Source of the DNA: a virus
Taxonomy: Duplodnaviria > Heunggongvirae > Uroviricota > Caudoviricetes
IMG/VR virus record: IMGVR_UViG_2974615235_000001
Span: 1,236 to 65,235 of that record
DNA: 64,000 bases
Strand: one strand, 5' to 3'
Below, piece after piece: positions 1-9,448 of this stretch. The translations under genes were made by a program, and so were the position numbers. Below the pieces are notes generated by a model, which searched no databases, was not told the DNA's origin, and saw nothing but the letters and a program-made list of their open reading frames with translations. Numbering within the stretch: the first letter of the stretch is position 1; each line of letters opens with the position of its first letter.

Positions 1-316
1 ACATGGCTTTAAAGTTAGGAAAGACCCTGCTGGACATACAGCAAGGAAAGGAGAAAAGGCTGAATCATTCCTTACAGCTTGTGAACATGGCTTTGTTTAC
101 ATTGTAAGAGATTCATTTACTCCCGCATCTTATGACTGGCTTATGGGACAACTTGAAGTATTTAACCCTAACGAAAAGTCTACATCCTCTTATAAAGACG
201 ATGCGATGGACGCATGTGCTTCTGGTTTTAACTACTTAAATGCAAAACCTAATACCACAGTTCAGATGCTTCCTGATATTAACTCACCAACTTTAAAGAG
301 TCAACTTGGAATTTAA
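1..316 (+). CDS. terminase large subunit, C-terminal fragment (5' end outside window)
   Basis: Frame open from window edge to TAA 314-316; acidic ...YKDDAMDAC... segment typical of terminase nuclease domain; sits directly upstream of portal. Confidence 0.4.
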   Translation, partial: HGFKVRKDPAGHTARKGEKAESFLTACEHGFVYIVRDSFTPASYDWLMGQLEVFNPNEKSTSSYKDDAMDACASGFNYLNAKPNTTVQMLPDINSPTLKSQLGI

Positions 317-322
317 GGAATT

Positions 323-1834
323 ATGTCAGACGAAAAAGAAATAGATATTAAAAAGGCTGAGGCAAATCCTGACTCTAATTCAAAAAGACTCAGGTTAGGT
401 GAGGTAGGAACTCCTTACATTAATGCTGTAGCTGGCATCATCAAAGAGGAGGCTCGTAGAGAGTTACAATTCCCACGATGTCTTCAAACTTATGATGAGA
501 TGAGACAGAATGCCACTATAGCTGCTGGTCTCACTGTTAATGAGGTTTTCCTAACTAAGTCCTTAATGAATGTGAAGGTTCAAGCAGGAGACCCTAACAG
601 CGAGAAGTCTGTAGAGTTTGCCAATGCTTTAAACTGGAACTTTAAGAATTTAGTAGGACAAACTTGGTATGATGTAGTTACTGCTTTGATTACCTACCAA
701 CAGTATGGGTTCTCTTGGTTAGAGAAAGTTTATGAGAAAAACTCTAGCAAGAATTTCCCTTACAAATATAAGATTAAAAAGTTAGCACCTCGCTCTCAGA
801 AGAGTATTAAAGGTTGGTTAATGGATGAGGATGCAAGGGAGCTTAAAGGTTTAGAACAATGGCCTCAGTCACTCCTAGCTAACCCTTATCAACAATATGT
901 AAGTGGTCAGAAGTTTGGTACAAGCCCTGTGAAGCTACGTAGAGACAAGTTCCTACTCTTCTCATGGGATAATAAGAACCATAACCCTCAAGGCATATCT
1001 CCTCTTAACGGCTGTTACAGGGCGTATAAAGAGTTGAGTATGATAGCTAGTTATGAAGTTACAGGTGTTTCTAAAGATCTTGCTGGTGTGTTGGTTCTAC
1101 GTGTTCCTACTGACATTATTAATAAAGCTGCTGAAGACCCTTCTTCTCCCGAAGCTGCTTCACTGGCTCAACTTCAAAAGAATGCAGCGAGTGTTCATGC
1201 AGGCGATCAAACGTATATGCTCTTAGGGAGCGATACAATTGACGGAAGTGGTTCTGGTCACAGGGCATACGATGTAACACTCCAAGGTGTTGAGGGTGGT
1301 AGTAAGTCTTACAAAACTACTGAACTTATTCAAGAACGTAAGAAACAAATACTAGATAGCTTAGGTGCAGGTTTCCTTAACTTAGGTAACGACGGTGTAG
1401 GGTCTTATGCGCTTGCAACAGGTAAACAATCCTTACATGCTCACTACATGGAAAGACACCTTATATTTATTAAGAGTGTTTTAGAGAATGACTTATTCAA
1501 ACAGTTAGCTGAAATCAACGATATTGAATTATCTCAAGATGAAATGCCTGTTATTGAATATGGTGATTTAGACGAGCCTGATTTAGATACTATGAGTAAA
1601 GTAGTACAGAGAATGGGTTCAGTTGGAATGCTACCTAAAGAGAAGAGTTTCCTTATTAAACTTTATGAGTCTATGGGTTTTGATACCTCTATGTTTGAGG
1701 ATATGACTGACGAAGAGTTCTTAGAGTTGCTTACAGAGGACACTAGCGCGGCTGGCGAAGGTCTTGGCACTTCAGGTACGGGAATGACACAATCCGAGGG
1801 TGCAAGCTCTACAACAAACAGTGAGAACGCTTAA
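323..1834 (+). CDS. portal protein
   Basis: 503 aa ORF immediately after terminase and before protease/scaffold/capsid; size and position typical of portal; acidic C-terminus. Confidence 0.55.
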   Translation: MSDEKEIDIKKAEANPDSNSKRLRLGEVGTPYINAVAGIIKEEARRELQFPRCLQTYDEMRQNATIAAGLTVNEVFLTKSLMNVKVQAGDPNSEKSVEFANALNWNFKNLVGQTWYDVVTALITYQQYGFSWLEKVYEKNSSKNFPYKYKIKKLAPRSQKSIKGWLMDEDARELKGLEQWPQSLLANPYQQYVSGQKFGTSPVKLRRDKFLLFSWDNKNHNPQGISPLNGCYRAYKELSMIASYEVTGVSKDLAGVLVLRVPTDIINKAAEDPSSPEAASLAQLQKNAASVHAGDQTYMLLGSDTIDGSGSGHRAYDVTLQGVEGGSKSYKTTELIQERKKQILDSLGAGFLNLGNDGVGSYALATGKQSLHAHYMERHLIFIKSVLENDLFKQLAEINDIELSQDEMPVIEYGDLDEPDLDTMSKVVQRMGSVGMLPKEKSFLIKLYESMGFDTSMFEDMTDEEFLELLTEDTSAAGEGLGTSGTGMTQSEGASSTTNSENA

Positions 1835-2337
1835 TGGATAAGAAAACATTATTAGAAAAGTTTGCAGAGTTCCTAGATACGAACATAGGAGGCTCTCAGG
1901 CGAATCATAAAGAATACGTTGAGTCAGATACTACTTTAGTGAAATCTCTTGATACAATGGAGCGTAGGGCGTTATACGTAGCCTTAGAACCTCAAGACGA
2001 TATGGATAATGTATCAGACCTACATGGCGATTACTATGACGCTATTACAGTAGAGAAAGCTTGTAACAGTTTCAATAAACACTCCAATAAAGCGGGGCTG
2101 TTCCACGAGTACGTAGTAGATAGTGAGCTTGTTGAGATTGAACAGTCATGGATTAACCCTGCTGAGTTCACAACGGAAGAAGGTATCACTATCAAGAAGG
2201 GTACATGGTTAATGTGGTTACATTTCCCTAAACCTGACAATGAAGAAAACGACACTATATGGCCTGATGTACTCTCTGGGGAGTTCTCTGGTATTAGTGT
2301 TGAATGTGGTGGAAGAGGATATGAACTAGATGCCTAA
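1834..2337 (+). CDS. prohead protease-like protein (XkdF/S78-like family)
   Basis: 167 aa; ATGA overlap with portal stop; C-terminal ...KKGTWLMWLHF...IWPDVLSGEFSGISVECGG resembles the XkdF-type pattern found between portal and scaffold genes. Confidence 0.4.
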   Translation: MDKKTLLEKFAEFLDTNIGGSQANHKEYVESDTTLVKSLDTMERRALYVALEPQDDMDNVSDLHGDYYDAITVEKACNSFNKHSNKAGLFHEYVVDSELVEIEQSWINPAEFTTEEGITIKKGTWLMWLHFPKPDNEENDTIWPDVLSGEFSGISVECGGRGYELDA

Positions 2338-3229
2338 AGCTAAACGAGTTATTACAGAGTTTAATTTCGAAGAAGAAGGTGCAAGTATCCACTTAGTTTC
2401 TAAGAAACAAGGCGGTGCTGCTAACGGATTCAAAACTCTCATTAAGAAGTCTAACGCTACAAGTAAACTACCTGATGTAGAAGAAGTAGAAGTGGATATT
2501 CAAAAGAAATTAGAACAGATTAAAGTCACTATGTCAATGGAGGAGTTTTTACAAAAGTTCTTCCACATGTACTACGATGACGCAGAATTGCTTACCGCAA
2601 TGTTAGGGTTCAAAACTGAGCATGAAGCTTATATGGAAACCCTAGAAGAAGACTCAGAACCAATGACCTACTCAGATTACATTGCTAGTAAGCTGTCAAG
2701 TTTTGAGATTATGAAGTCGATGCACGAAGGAAACTACGAACAAGCTTCTGCATTAGATTACGTTACCATTCTTGAATTACAAGAAAACTTAGAAAATAAA
2801 CTAAACGAGGAAATGATGGATAAAGTATCTATTGAAAAATCTCTACTAGCTGACCTAGAAGATAAGGCTGGCAAACTTGATGCAGAAATTGAGGTTAAGA
2901 AGTCTCTTGAAGCGCAAGTACAAGAACTAACAGAACAGCTTGACACTATTAAGAAAGCCCAAGTAGAAGCAGAAGAAGCTGCTATGAAGGCACGTCTAGA
3001 AGGTGTAGTTGCAGAAGATAAGATTGAATCATTGGCTAAATCACTGCTTGACATGGATAAAGAAGCTGCTGACCTTATGATCGACACACTTACTAACGCT
3101 CAGAAGAAAACAGAAGAGTCTGACCTTTTCGTAGAGAAATCTTTGGAAGGTGAACCTGAAATTAAATCAGACAAAGAAGAACGAGAGCTTGCCATGCAAA
3201 AGGCTCTTGACGAAGCTTACTCTAAGTAA
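2330..3229 (+). CDS. scaffolding protein
   Basis: 299 aa, very acidic, long predicted coiled coil (EIEVKKSLEAQVQELTEQLDTIKKAQVEAEEAAMKARLEG); located between protease and capsid. Confidence 0.55.
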   Translation: MPKAKRVITEFNFEEEGASIHLVSKKQGGAANGFKTLIKKSNATSKLPDVEEVEVDIQKKLEQIKVTMSMEEFLQKFFHMYYDDAELLTAMLGFKTEHEAYMETLEEDSEPMTYSDYIASKLSSFEIMKSMHEGNYEQASALDYVTILELQENLENKLNEEMMDKVSIEKSLLADLEDKAGKLDAEIEVKKSLEAQVQELTEQLDTIKKAQVEAEEAAMKARLEGVVAEDKIESLAKSLLDMDKEAADLMIDTLTNAQKKTEESDLFVEKSLEGEPEIKSDKEERELAMQKALDEAYSK

Positions 3230-3260
3230 TTATAAACGATAACAAATAGGAAAACAAATA

Positions 3261-3728
3261 ATGACTGTTATTGCTACTAAAAATGATGCACAGGTACTGT
3301 CTGGTGTATTAATGGATGACCTAGCAGGTCTAGTCCTTGACCACAACTTTGCACACCGTCAGACCCTTACAGAGGCTTCTGCTACTGATGTTAAGATTGG
3401 TGATGTAGTTGTGTATGACTCTGTAAATGACCAATGGGAACTTGCTGCTACTGGTGCAACCCTTGATGGTGACAGCCCTCTAGGTTTCGGTCTAGGCGTT
3501 GTAGTTGGTTTTGAATCACTAGGTGACACTTACACACAAAATATGACTTCTGGTAACGTTGTTGTTCTTTATCAAGGCGCAGTAAATGTTAAGGAAGCAG
3601 GCTTAAACTTTGGTGGTCTGAACGGCACTGAAACCGCAGCAGCTAAAGCTCAATTAGGCAAACAAGGTATTAAATTGATGGCTACTACTAGTGGCGTAGA
3701 AACTTCTTTCTACAGTGCATCAGTTTAA
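3261..3728 (+). CDS. small head protein (possible decoration or accessory capsid protein)
   Basis: 155 aa Gly/Val-rich ORF with RBS, directly upstream of major capsid gene. Confidence 0.3.
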   Translation: MTVIATKNDAQVLSGVLMDDLAGLVLDHNFAHRQTLTEASATDVKIGDVVVYDSVNDQWELAATGATLDGDSPLGFGLGVVVGFESLGDTYTQNMTSGNVVVLYQGAVNVKEAGLNFGGLNGTETAAAKAQLGKQGIKLMATTSGVETSFYSASV

Positions 3729-3758
3729 TCTAAAAGAATAATAACGGAGATATAAAGA

Positions 3759-4844
3759 ATGAAACTTGGTCGTTTTGACGTAACTAAAGCAGTACGCGCA
3801 CAAGGTGATATGAATAGCCTACATGACTTAACTGGCATGATTAGCAAGTCACCAAACATCCCTACTCTTATGAGTGATCTACTAGGTGGCTCTATCGAAT
3901 CAGAGTTCCTATCAACTAACACTTTTGAGCATGACTCAACAGAACGTTTCATCGCTGACATTAAAGATAAGTCTTTCAGTGAACGTGGTGAAGCATTTGA
4001 CCAACGCGGTGAAACTAAAACTCACCTATTCAAAGTTCCTAGCTTTGGTATCCAAACTCACATCAAGCCATCTGACGCGCTACGTCGTCGTGTAGAAGGT
4101 ACTAAAGATGAGATGGAAACTATTGACCGTCTAGTAGCTAAAGATATTGCTGACATTCAGAAGTCTTGGGCTTTGTTTGAAGAGCGTCAGATCGTATCTA
4201 CTATCACTACTGGCAGTTTGTATGTTCCTAATGGTTCTGTACAGTCTTATGACTTCTACGCAGAATACACTGCTAACAATGCAGCTAACCGCCCTTCTGT
4301 AGAGTTTAACTTTGCAGATGACACTGCTTACCCTCGTGAAGTAGGTGAAGAGGCTCGTAACTTCATTGCTGATAACCTTCTTGATGGTCAGACTATTGAT
4401 GGCTTTATCTGTCTGTGTGGTAAAGAGTTCTTCAAGCAACGTATCTCTCACCCTAAAGAAGAGCAAGCAATGGTACAACGTGCTGGTATCTTAGGTCAAG
4501 ACCCTCTTATCGACCGCCTAGATAACTTCACTAATGGTGCAATGTACCGTAAGTACCGTGGTGCGGATGACATCCTTTACGTAGAGTATACTGCTAAAGT
4601 TGGTGGTCTTCCACTAATCGCAGATGACGAAGGTTACATCATGCCATTGAATGCTGGTTCAGTATTTACTCGTGCGTATGCTCCTGCTGAAACTATGCAG
4701 TATGCAAATACTACTGCTCAATCTCAGTACGCTTGGAGATTCGATGATGAGTTCTCTGGTACTAAGCTTTACTGGGAATCAAACCAAGGTCTATATTTGA
4801 CCAACCCTAACACTATCGTAAAAGCTACTATCAAGCAGTCTTAA
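3759..4844 (+). CDS. major capsid protein
   Basis: 361 aa ORF with strong RBS (GGAGAT), follows scaffold, followed by a terminator hairpin; codon usage suggests high expression. Confidence 0.6.
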   Translation: MKLGRFDVTKAVRAQGDMNSLHDLTGMISKSPNIPTLMSDLLGGSIESEFLSTNTFEHDSTERFIADIKDKSFSERGEAFDQRGETKTHLFKVPSFGIQTHIKPSDALRRRVEGTKDEMETIDRLVAKDIADIQKSWALFEERQIVSTITTGSLYVPNGSVQSYDFYAEYTANNAANRPSVEFNFADDTAYPREVGEEARNFIADNLLDGQTIDGFICLCGKEFFKQRISHPKEEQAMVQRAGILGQDPLIDRLDNFTNGAMYRKYRGADDILYVEYTAKVGGLPLIADDEGYIMPLNAGSVFTRAYAPAETMQYANTTAQSQYAWRFDDEFSGTKLYWESNQGLYLTNPNTIVKATIKQS

Positions 4845-4858
4845 TAGTGTTAACTCTA

Positions 4859-4891
4859 AAGGAGGGGCATTCGCCCTTCCTTACTTTGTTT
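4859..4891 (+). terminator. rho-independent terminator after capsid gene
   Basis: aggggcattcgccctt hairpin followed by T-rich tract (ccttactttgttt). Confidence 0.45.
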
Positions 4892-4901
4892 AAGGAAAGC
4901 C

Positions 4902-5342
4902 ATGATAGACATAAACTATAATGATCCAACAAGCGTTGTTCGTAGCAACATTGGTGATCCTAACAAACGTTATGTAAGCGACAACACTATTACATCAGCC
5001 CTTGCTAAGAATGATGGTGACATAGATAAAGCCTCTATCCTTATAATGGAGACTATGTTAACACACTTCTCCATACAAGCTGACGAAAGCAGGACAGATG
5101 ATGTATGGTACAAGTTCACTAAACTTTATGAAAGGTTTAAAAGTCGATTAGACGAGTTTAAGAATAGTAATTCCTCTAAGCATGGTATCCCTATTATTAT
5201 AGGTGGTACACGTATTAGCGAGAAGAATGCTGTAGTACAAGACGTTGATTCTTTCCTCCCACACTTACTGGATGATTGGAGAACTCTTCAAGAACAAGTA
5301 AGACTTGTAGATGAGGCTAAGGCAAGATACGACAATGTTTAG
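4902..5342 (+). CDS. head-tail connector / head completion protein (hypothetical)
   Basis: 146 aa, first of four small ORFs between capsid and sheath, the usual position of neck proteins. Confidence 0.3.
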   Translation: MIDINYNDPTSVVRSNIGDPNKRYVSDNTITSALAKNDGDIDKASILIMETMLTHFSIQADESRTDDVWYKFTKLYERFKSRLDEFKNSNSSKHGIPIIIGGTRISEKNAVVQDVDSFLPHLLDDWRTLQEQVRLVDEAKARYDNV

Positions 5343-5829
5343 TGTAAAGGTGACTCGTAAAACACGTAATCTTGAGAAACTAGTGGATAAGTTAGAAGCT
5401 TTATCCAAGGAACATGTAGAAACAGGCGTATTTGCTGAACAAGGTGAACACCCTAAAACTGAAATGTCTTATGTACAACTCGCAGTAATGCATGAGGAAG
5501 GCGATGGCAATTTCCCCCCTCGTACAGTAAGACCATTGATAATGAATTCTATGAAAGAGAAGCCTTTTATGGATAAAGTATCACAACACCTTAATAAGTA
5601 TTTATTTAAAGATGTTAGTCTTAACTACGCACTAGGTTACATTGGGCAAGATATGGCTATGATAGGTAAATCGTTCTTTGGTGTTATTAATAATCCGTGG
5701 ATGAAAGGTAATGCCCCTAAGACGATAGAACTTAAAGGCAAGAATACACCACTAGTAGATGAAGGTTTCTTTAAAGATACTTGGGCTTATAAAACATCCG
5801 TTAACAACATTGTAGTGGAGAGTGTATGA
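5311..5829 (+). CDS. head-tail adaptor (hypothetical); alternative start ATG 5335 overlapping the upstream stop (ATGTTTAG)
   Basis: 172 aa ORF in neck-gene position; translational coupling. Confidence 0.3.
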   Translation: MRLRQDTTMFSVKVTRKTRNLEKLVDKLEALSKEHVETGVFAEQGEHPKTEMSYVQLAVMHEEGDGNFPPRTVRPLIMNSMKEKPFMDKVSQHLNKYLFKDVSLNYALGYIGQDMAMIGKSFFGVINNPWMKGNAPKTIELKGKNTPLVDEGFFKDTWAYKTSVNNIVVESV

Positions 5830-6194
5830 TTGATTTAATGAGAACACATTCTATACCTCTTTACAGACGGTCTGAGGAAGAAGGGTATCTTAACAATGAA
5901 GGTGAATGGGTTCAGGCACAATTTAAAGACGCTGAAATACTAGAGTGTAATGTACAACCTCTGCGAGATGGTAAGACTAAAGTAATACTTCCTGATGGAG
6001 TGCGTACAGACCATGTTATCGTTATACGGTCTTTCACTAGAATAACTGTAGCGGATATGTTAGACGACACAGAAGGTGATGAGGTAGAGTATCAAGGTAA
6101 AAGGTTTGAGGCTTTTAAAGAGGAAGACTTCTCTGAGTATGGGCTTATGTCAGACCACTACAAATACTTGTTTAAAAGGAAAGACCAACAATGA
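5826..6194 (+). CDS. neck / tail completion protein (hypothetical)
   Basis: 122 aa; ATGA overlap with upstream gene. Confidence 0.3.
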   Translation: MIDLMRTHSIPLYRRSEEEGYLNNEGEWVQAQFKDAEILECNVQPLRDGKTKVILPDGVRTDHVIVIRSFTRITVADMLDDTEGDEVEYQGKRFEAFKEEDFSEYGLMSDHYKYLFKRKDQQ

Positions 6195-6802
6195 ACTTAG
6201 ATGATTATTTAAAAGGTCTTACTAAAGTAACCTCGGAACTAGTAGGGAGTAGATTAGCTATTGCTAAAGGTTCTAACCCTATACCAGCGGTCTTTATAGC
6301 GCGTCAGAAGCATCCTAAGACGTTTTATCCCTATGGGGTATGTGACTATATAGGGAAAGGTAATTATGGCTCTAGGAAGGCGTACAGTTCGTTTAATGAG
6401 GACTCTACAGAGTATACATCCTACTTCAATCGTAGATTAAGACTAAGAGTAGCTTTTTACGGGAAATATGGGGATAACGTACTAGATACGGCAGATGAGT
6501 TAGCCAGTAGATTGAGAACCTCTAAAGGACAACAAGTACTGAGTAGATATATGCCTTGCGCTGGTCTTATGTCTGTATCAGAACCCACTTATAGAGATGA
6601 ACTACTTACTACGGATTACGAAGAGTTTGCTTCTATTACGTTAGACTTCCATATCATATCTGAGATAGTAGACCTTGACTTCTACGCAATTGAACAAGCT
6701 CCTATAGAAGGTGGTCTAGTAGAGGCGGGTAACACTCCTGACATAGACGCTGAGATAGAAGAAATCGCAACCATAACAACAGAGTTTAACCAAAGTAATT
6801 AG
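6191..6802 (+). CDS. tail terminator / sheath initiator-like protein (hypothetical)
   Basis: 203 aa; overlaps upstream stop; immediately precedes putative sheath gene. Confidence 0.3.
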   Translation: MNLDDYLKGLTKVTSELVGSRLAIAKGSNPIPAVFIARQKHPKTFYPYGVCDYIGKGNYGSRKAYSSFNEDSTEYTSYFNRRLRLRVAFYGKYGDNVLDTADELASRLRTSKGQQVLSRYMPCAGLMSVSEPTYRDELLTTDYEEFASITLDFHIISEIVDLDFYAIEQAPIEGGLVEAGNTPDIDAEIEEIATITTEFNQSN

Positions 6803-6810
6803 GAAAAATA

Positions 6811-8172
6811 ATGACCTATAGAAATTTAACAAACATTGACATTGCGTTAACGGATGTTGGTGTAACTGCGCAAGGGTTTGGTACTCCTCTCTTTGCATCG
6901 TCTCACCGTTACTTCCCTGAACGTGTACGTGCTTACACATCACTACAAGCTGCATCAGAAGATTTACCTACAAACTCTAATGCTTATAAAGCTGTACAAG
7001 GTTTCTTCTCCGTAACACCTGCCCCTGCTGTGGTAAAAGTAGGTCGTAGAGAGGCTGACTTAGAATTGAGTGTTGCTAGTGGTGCTACTGGGGCTTCTTT
7101 AGTATTCCATGCTAGTGACGCAGGTACACCTTACTCAGTGGTAATTAATATTACTGGTGAAGCTGACGAAGATGCAGTAGCTTCTGCTATTGCCGCTGCT
7201 ATCGAAGGTGACTCTGATGTAGGTGGTTTAGTTGTTGCAAGTGCAACAGGTAGTACTGTCTCTATTGACGTAGCAGGCGCAGGTTCAGAGTTTTGGGTAG
7301 CTAACCTTTCAAAAGAATTGTCAGAAGTATACAACACTACTGAAACTGCTAGTGACCTTATTACTGCATTGTCTGACGAAGATGACGACTACTACTTCTT
7401 TACTTGTGAAGACCACTCAGATACATTCGTACAAGCAGCATCCGCTGAGATTGAAGCCCGTCTTAAAATGTACTTCACCTCTATTCAATTGTCAAATACA
7501 TTGACAGCTTACAATGAAGGTGCTGCTACTGACTTAGGTGGTATTATTAAAGACTCTGGAAGAGACCGTACTAAAGTATTCTTCCACCACAATGCTGATA
7601 CAGTGTTCCCTGAATGTATTCATGTTGCTGGCAATGCTACCTTTGACGCAGGCAGTGTCTTATGGGCCAATATTGCACTCCCATTAAGTGTATCTCAAGA
7701 CCCTGTTACTGGTAAAGCATTGAGTGCTACTCAGAAGGGATACTTAGAGGACCGTAACATTTCTTATATGGAACGTGGCGCAGGTAATGGTGTAGTAACC
7801 TCCACAGCTATTCTACGTAATAACAAAGTTCCTAGTGGTAATTGGATTTCTACTATTCGTGGTAGAGATAATATGCAAGTAGATTTAGCAGCAGAGATGT
7901 TATCACTACTTACAGCACAACGTGGTACTAAACTACCTTATACAGACGAAGGCATTGACTTAATTAAGTCTTCTGTGCGTAACGTATTAGACCTCTACGT
8001 CCTACGTAACTTCATCAAAGATAACTACGTATTAGACTTCTTGACAGAATCACAATCTTCTATTTCTGACAAGCAAGCAGGTGTATACCGTGGTGGTAAA
8101 TTCCAATGCGAACTGCAACAAGGTATCTTGTTCGTAGATTTATCTGGCTCACTTTCAATCGACTTAGGATAA
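6811..8172 (+). CDS. tail sheath protein (contractile tail)
   Basis: 453 aa; followed by a 174-aa tube-size ORF, a chaperone with frameshift and the tape measure (canonical myovirus order). Confidence 0.5.
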   Translation: MTYRNLTNIDIALTDVGVTAQGFGTPLFASSHRYFPERVRAYTSLQAASEDLPTNSNAYKAVQGFFSVTPAPAVVKVGRREADLELSVASGATGASLVFHASDAGTPYSVVINITGEADEDAVASAIAAAIEGDSDVGGLVVASATGSTVSIDVAGAGSEFWVANLSKELSEVYNTTETASDLITALSDEDDDYYFFTCEDHSDTFVQAASAEIEARLKMYFTSIQLSNTLTAYNEGAATDLGGIIKDSGRDRTKVFFHHNADTVFPECIHVAGNATFDAGSVLWANIALPLSVSQDPVTGKALSATQKGYLEDRNISYMERGAGNGVVTSTAILRNNKVPSGNWISTIRGRDNMQVDLAAEMLSLLTAQRGTKLPYTDEGIDLIKSSVRNVLDLYVLRNFIKDNYVLDFLTESQSSISDKQAGVYRGGKFQCELQQGILFVDLSGSLSIDLG

Positions 8173-8177
8173 TATAG

Positions 8178-8702
8178 ATGTCAACTTTTATTCAAACTTA
8201 TAATCCTGATCAAGTACGTGTCAACTGGGGCGGTAAATTCAACATTGACGGTTTTGCTGACGGTACTTTCATCACAATGAATCGTAACAGCCCTCGTAGC
8301 GAAGTAGTTGTAGGCGCTAAAGGTGATAACGCTATCACTAAAAGTGCTGACTTCTCTGGTATGATTGAGCTTACACTACTACAGAATGCCCCTGCTAATG
8401 AATACCTCTCTTACATTATGTCTTCAGAGGATCTTGCTGGTGAGTTCATTCGAGCTACTATTGAGGTTACTGACCCCTCTGGTAGTGTACTGTCTATTGC
8501 ACAACGTTGTCACATTCAAGAACCTGCCCCTGTTACATTAGGCGATGGTCAGAATGCTAAGACTTGGACTTTCTACTGTGAAGACTTGAAGTACTTATCT
8601 GTGCCAAGTGGCCTAGCAGCAGGTAAGGCTACACAGACAGCAGCAGCAGCCTACGGTGCATTGAAAACTGTAACAGATAGTTTAAAAACTGTTACACGAT
8701 AA
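8178..8702 (+). CDS. tail tube protein
   Basis: 174 aa directly after sheath; strong terminator downstream. Confidence 0.5.
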   Translation: MSTFIQTYNPDQVRVNWGGKFNIDGFADGTFITMNRNSPRSEVVVGAKGDNAITKSADFSGMIELTLLQNAPANEYLSYIMSSEDLAGEFIRATIEVTDPSGSVLSIAQRCHIQEPAPVTLGDGQNAKTWTFYCEDLKYLSVPSGLAAGKATQTAAAAYGALKTVTDSLKTVTR

Positions 8703-8725
8703 TAATTATAATATGTAAACTTGAA

Positions 8726-8761
8726 GGGGCAAATAGATTAATTTCTGTTTGCCCTTTTTTA
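8726..8761 (+). terminator. rho-independent terminator
   Basis: gggcaaa ... tttgccc stem followed by TTTTTT (8755-8760). Confidence 0.65.
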
Positions 8762-8777
8762 TTCAAAGGAGAAAGGT

Positions 8778-9236
8778 ATGTTACCAAAATATTCAGATAC
8801 AACAGTGAATGGCAAGAGCATTCGTATTAAATTACTTCCAGCTTTAACAGTAGGTATTCCTACCGCACGTAGACTTCTTAATATTATTGCCCCTGCTGTA
8901 GGTGGAACATTAGATGGTTTAAGACACGATGATTTCATTCATGGCGCACCTAAGACATTCTCTGAAATGGCTCTTGTAGTGTGTAAGCAATTAGAAGAAG
9001 CAGAAGTACACCAGATTATGTTTACTCTGCTAGAACACATGGAAGTAAATAATAAAGTAGTTAACCTAGATGAGTATTTCATGGGTAACTATGGTGAGAT
9101 GATTGAGATACTAGAGTTTGCTCTAAGGGAAAACTTCCAAAGTTTTTTTACGGGCAACGGTATGAAGGAGCGTTTTCACAAAGTAGTGGGAATGATAATG
9201 TCGGGTCAAACACAAGAAGAGTCCTCTCAAGAGTAG
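8778..9236 (+). CDS. tail assembly chaperone (G-like, frame-0 product)
   Basis: 152 aa ORF immediately upstream of tape measure; contains a T7 slippery run near its 3' end. Confidence 0.6.
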   Translation: MLPKYSDTTVNGKSIRIKLLPALTVGIPTARRLLNIIAPAVGGTLDGLRHDDFIHGAPKTFSEMALVVCKQLEEAEVHQIMFTLLEHMEVNNKVVNLDEYFMGNYGEMIEILEFALRENFQSFFTGNGMKERFHKVVGMIMSGQTQEESSQE

Positions 9237-9448
9237 AGAACTGTAAATCTTTCACACAAGAGAAACAGTTATTATACAGGGTTTACAATAGTGAATACAA
9301 CAAAGAAACTCTGCATACACTTCTTGACATGACAGTGAATGAGTTCTTTGACCATTTAGAGGCTGTAACGATATATGAGGATTTATCTAAAGCTGCTCAT
9401 AAAGATCATGAGGAAGATATGAAACGTAATAACAGAGGTGGAAGATAA
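8778..9448 (+). CDS. tail assembly chaperone, frameshifted long form (GT-like; -1 shift at 9143-9149)
   Basis: After the slip the -1 frame continues ...FFYGQRYEGAF...NNRGGR and ends at the TAATG overlap with the tape measure start; conserved G/GT arrangement of tailed phages. Confidence 0.5.
9143..9149 (+). other. -1 programmed ribosomal frameshift slippery heptamer T_TTT_TTT
   Basis: Run of 7 T in frame X_XXY_YYZ of the chaperone ORF; the -1 frame is open from 9107 to TAA 9446-9448. Confidence 0.55.

Noticed and set aside
2034-4478. Short ORFs nested in or antisense to portal, protease, scaffold and capsid genes (2034-2255, 2758-3087, 3725-3961, 3886-4095, 4131-4478)
   Set aside because: Completely embedded within better-supported genes in other frames; serine/leucine-rich antisense artefacts.
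9240-9447. Independent small gene in the gap between the chaperone and the tape measure
   Set aside because: The open frame has no start codon or RBS and is better explained as the -1 frameshift extension of the chaperone gene.
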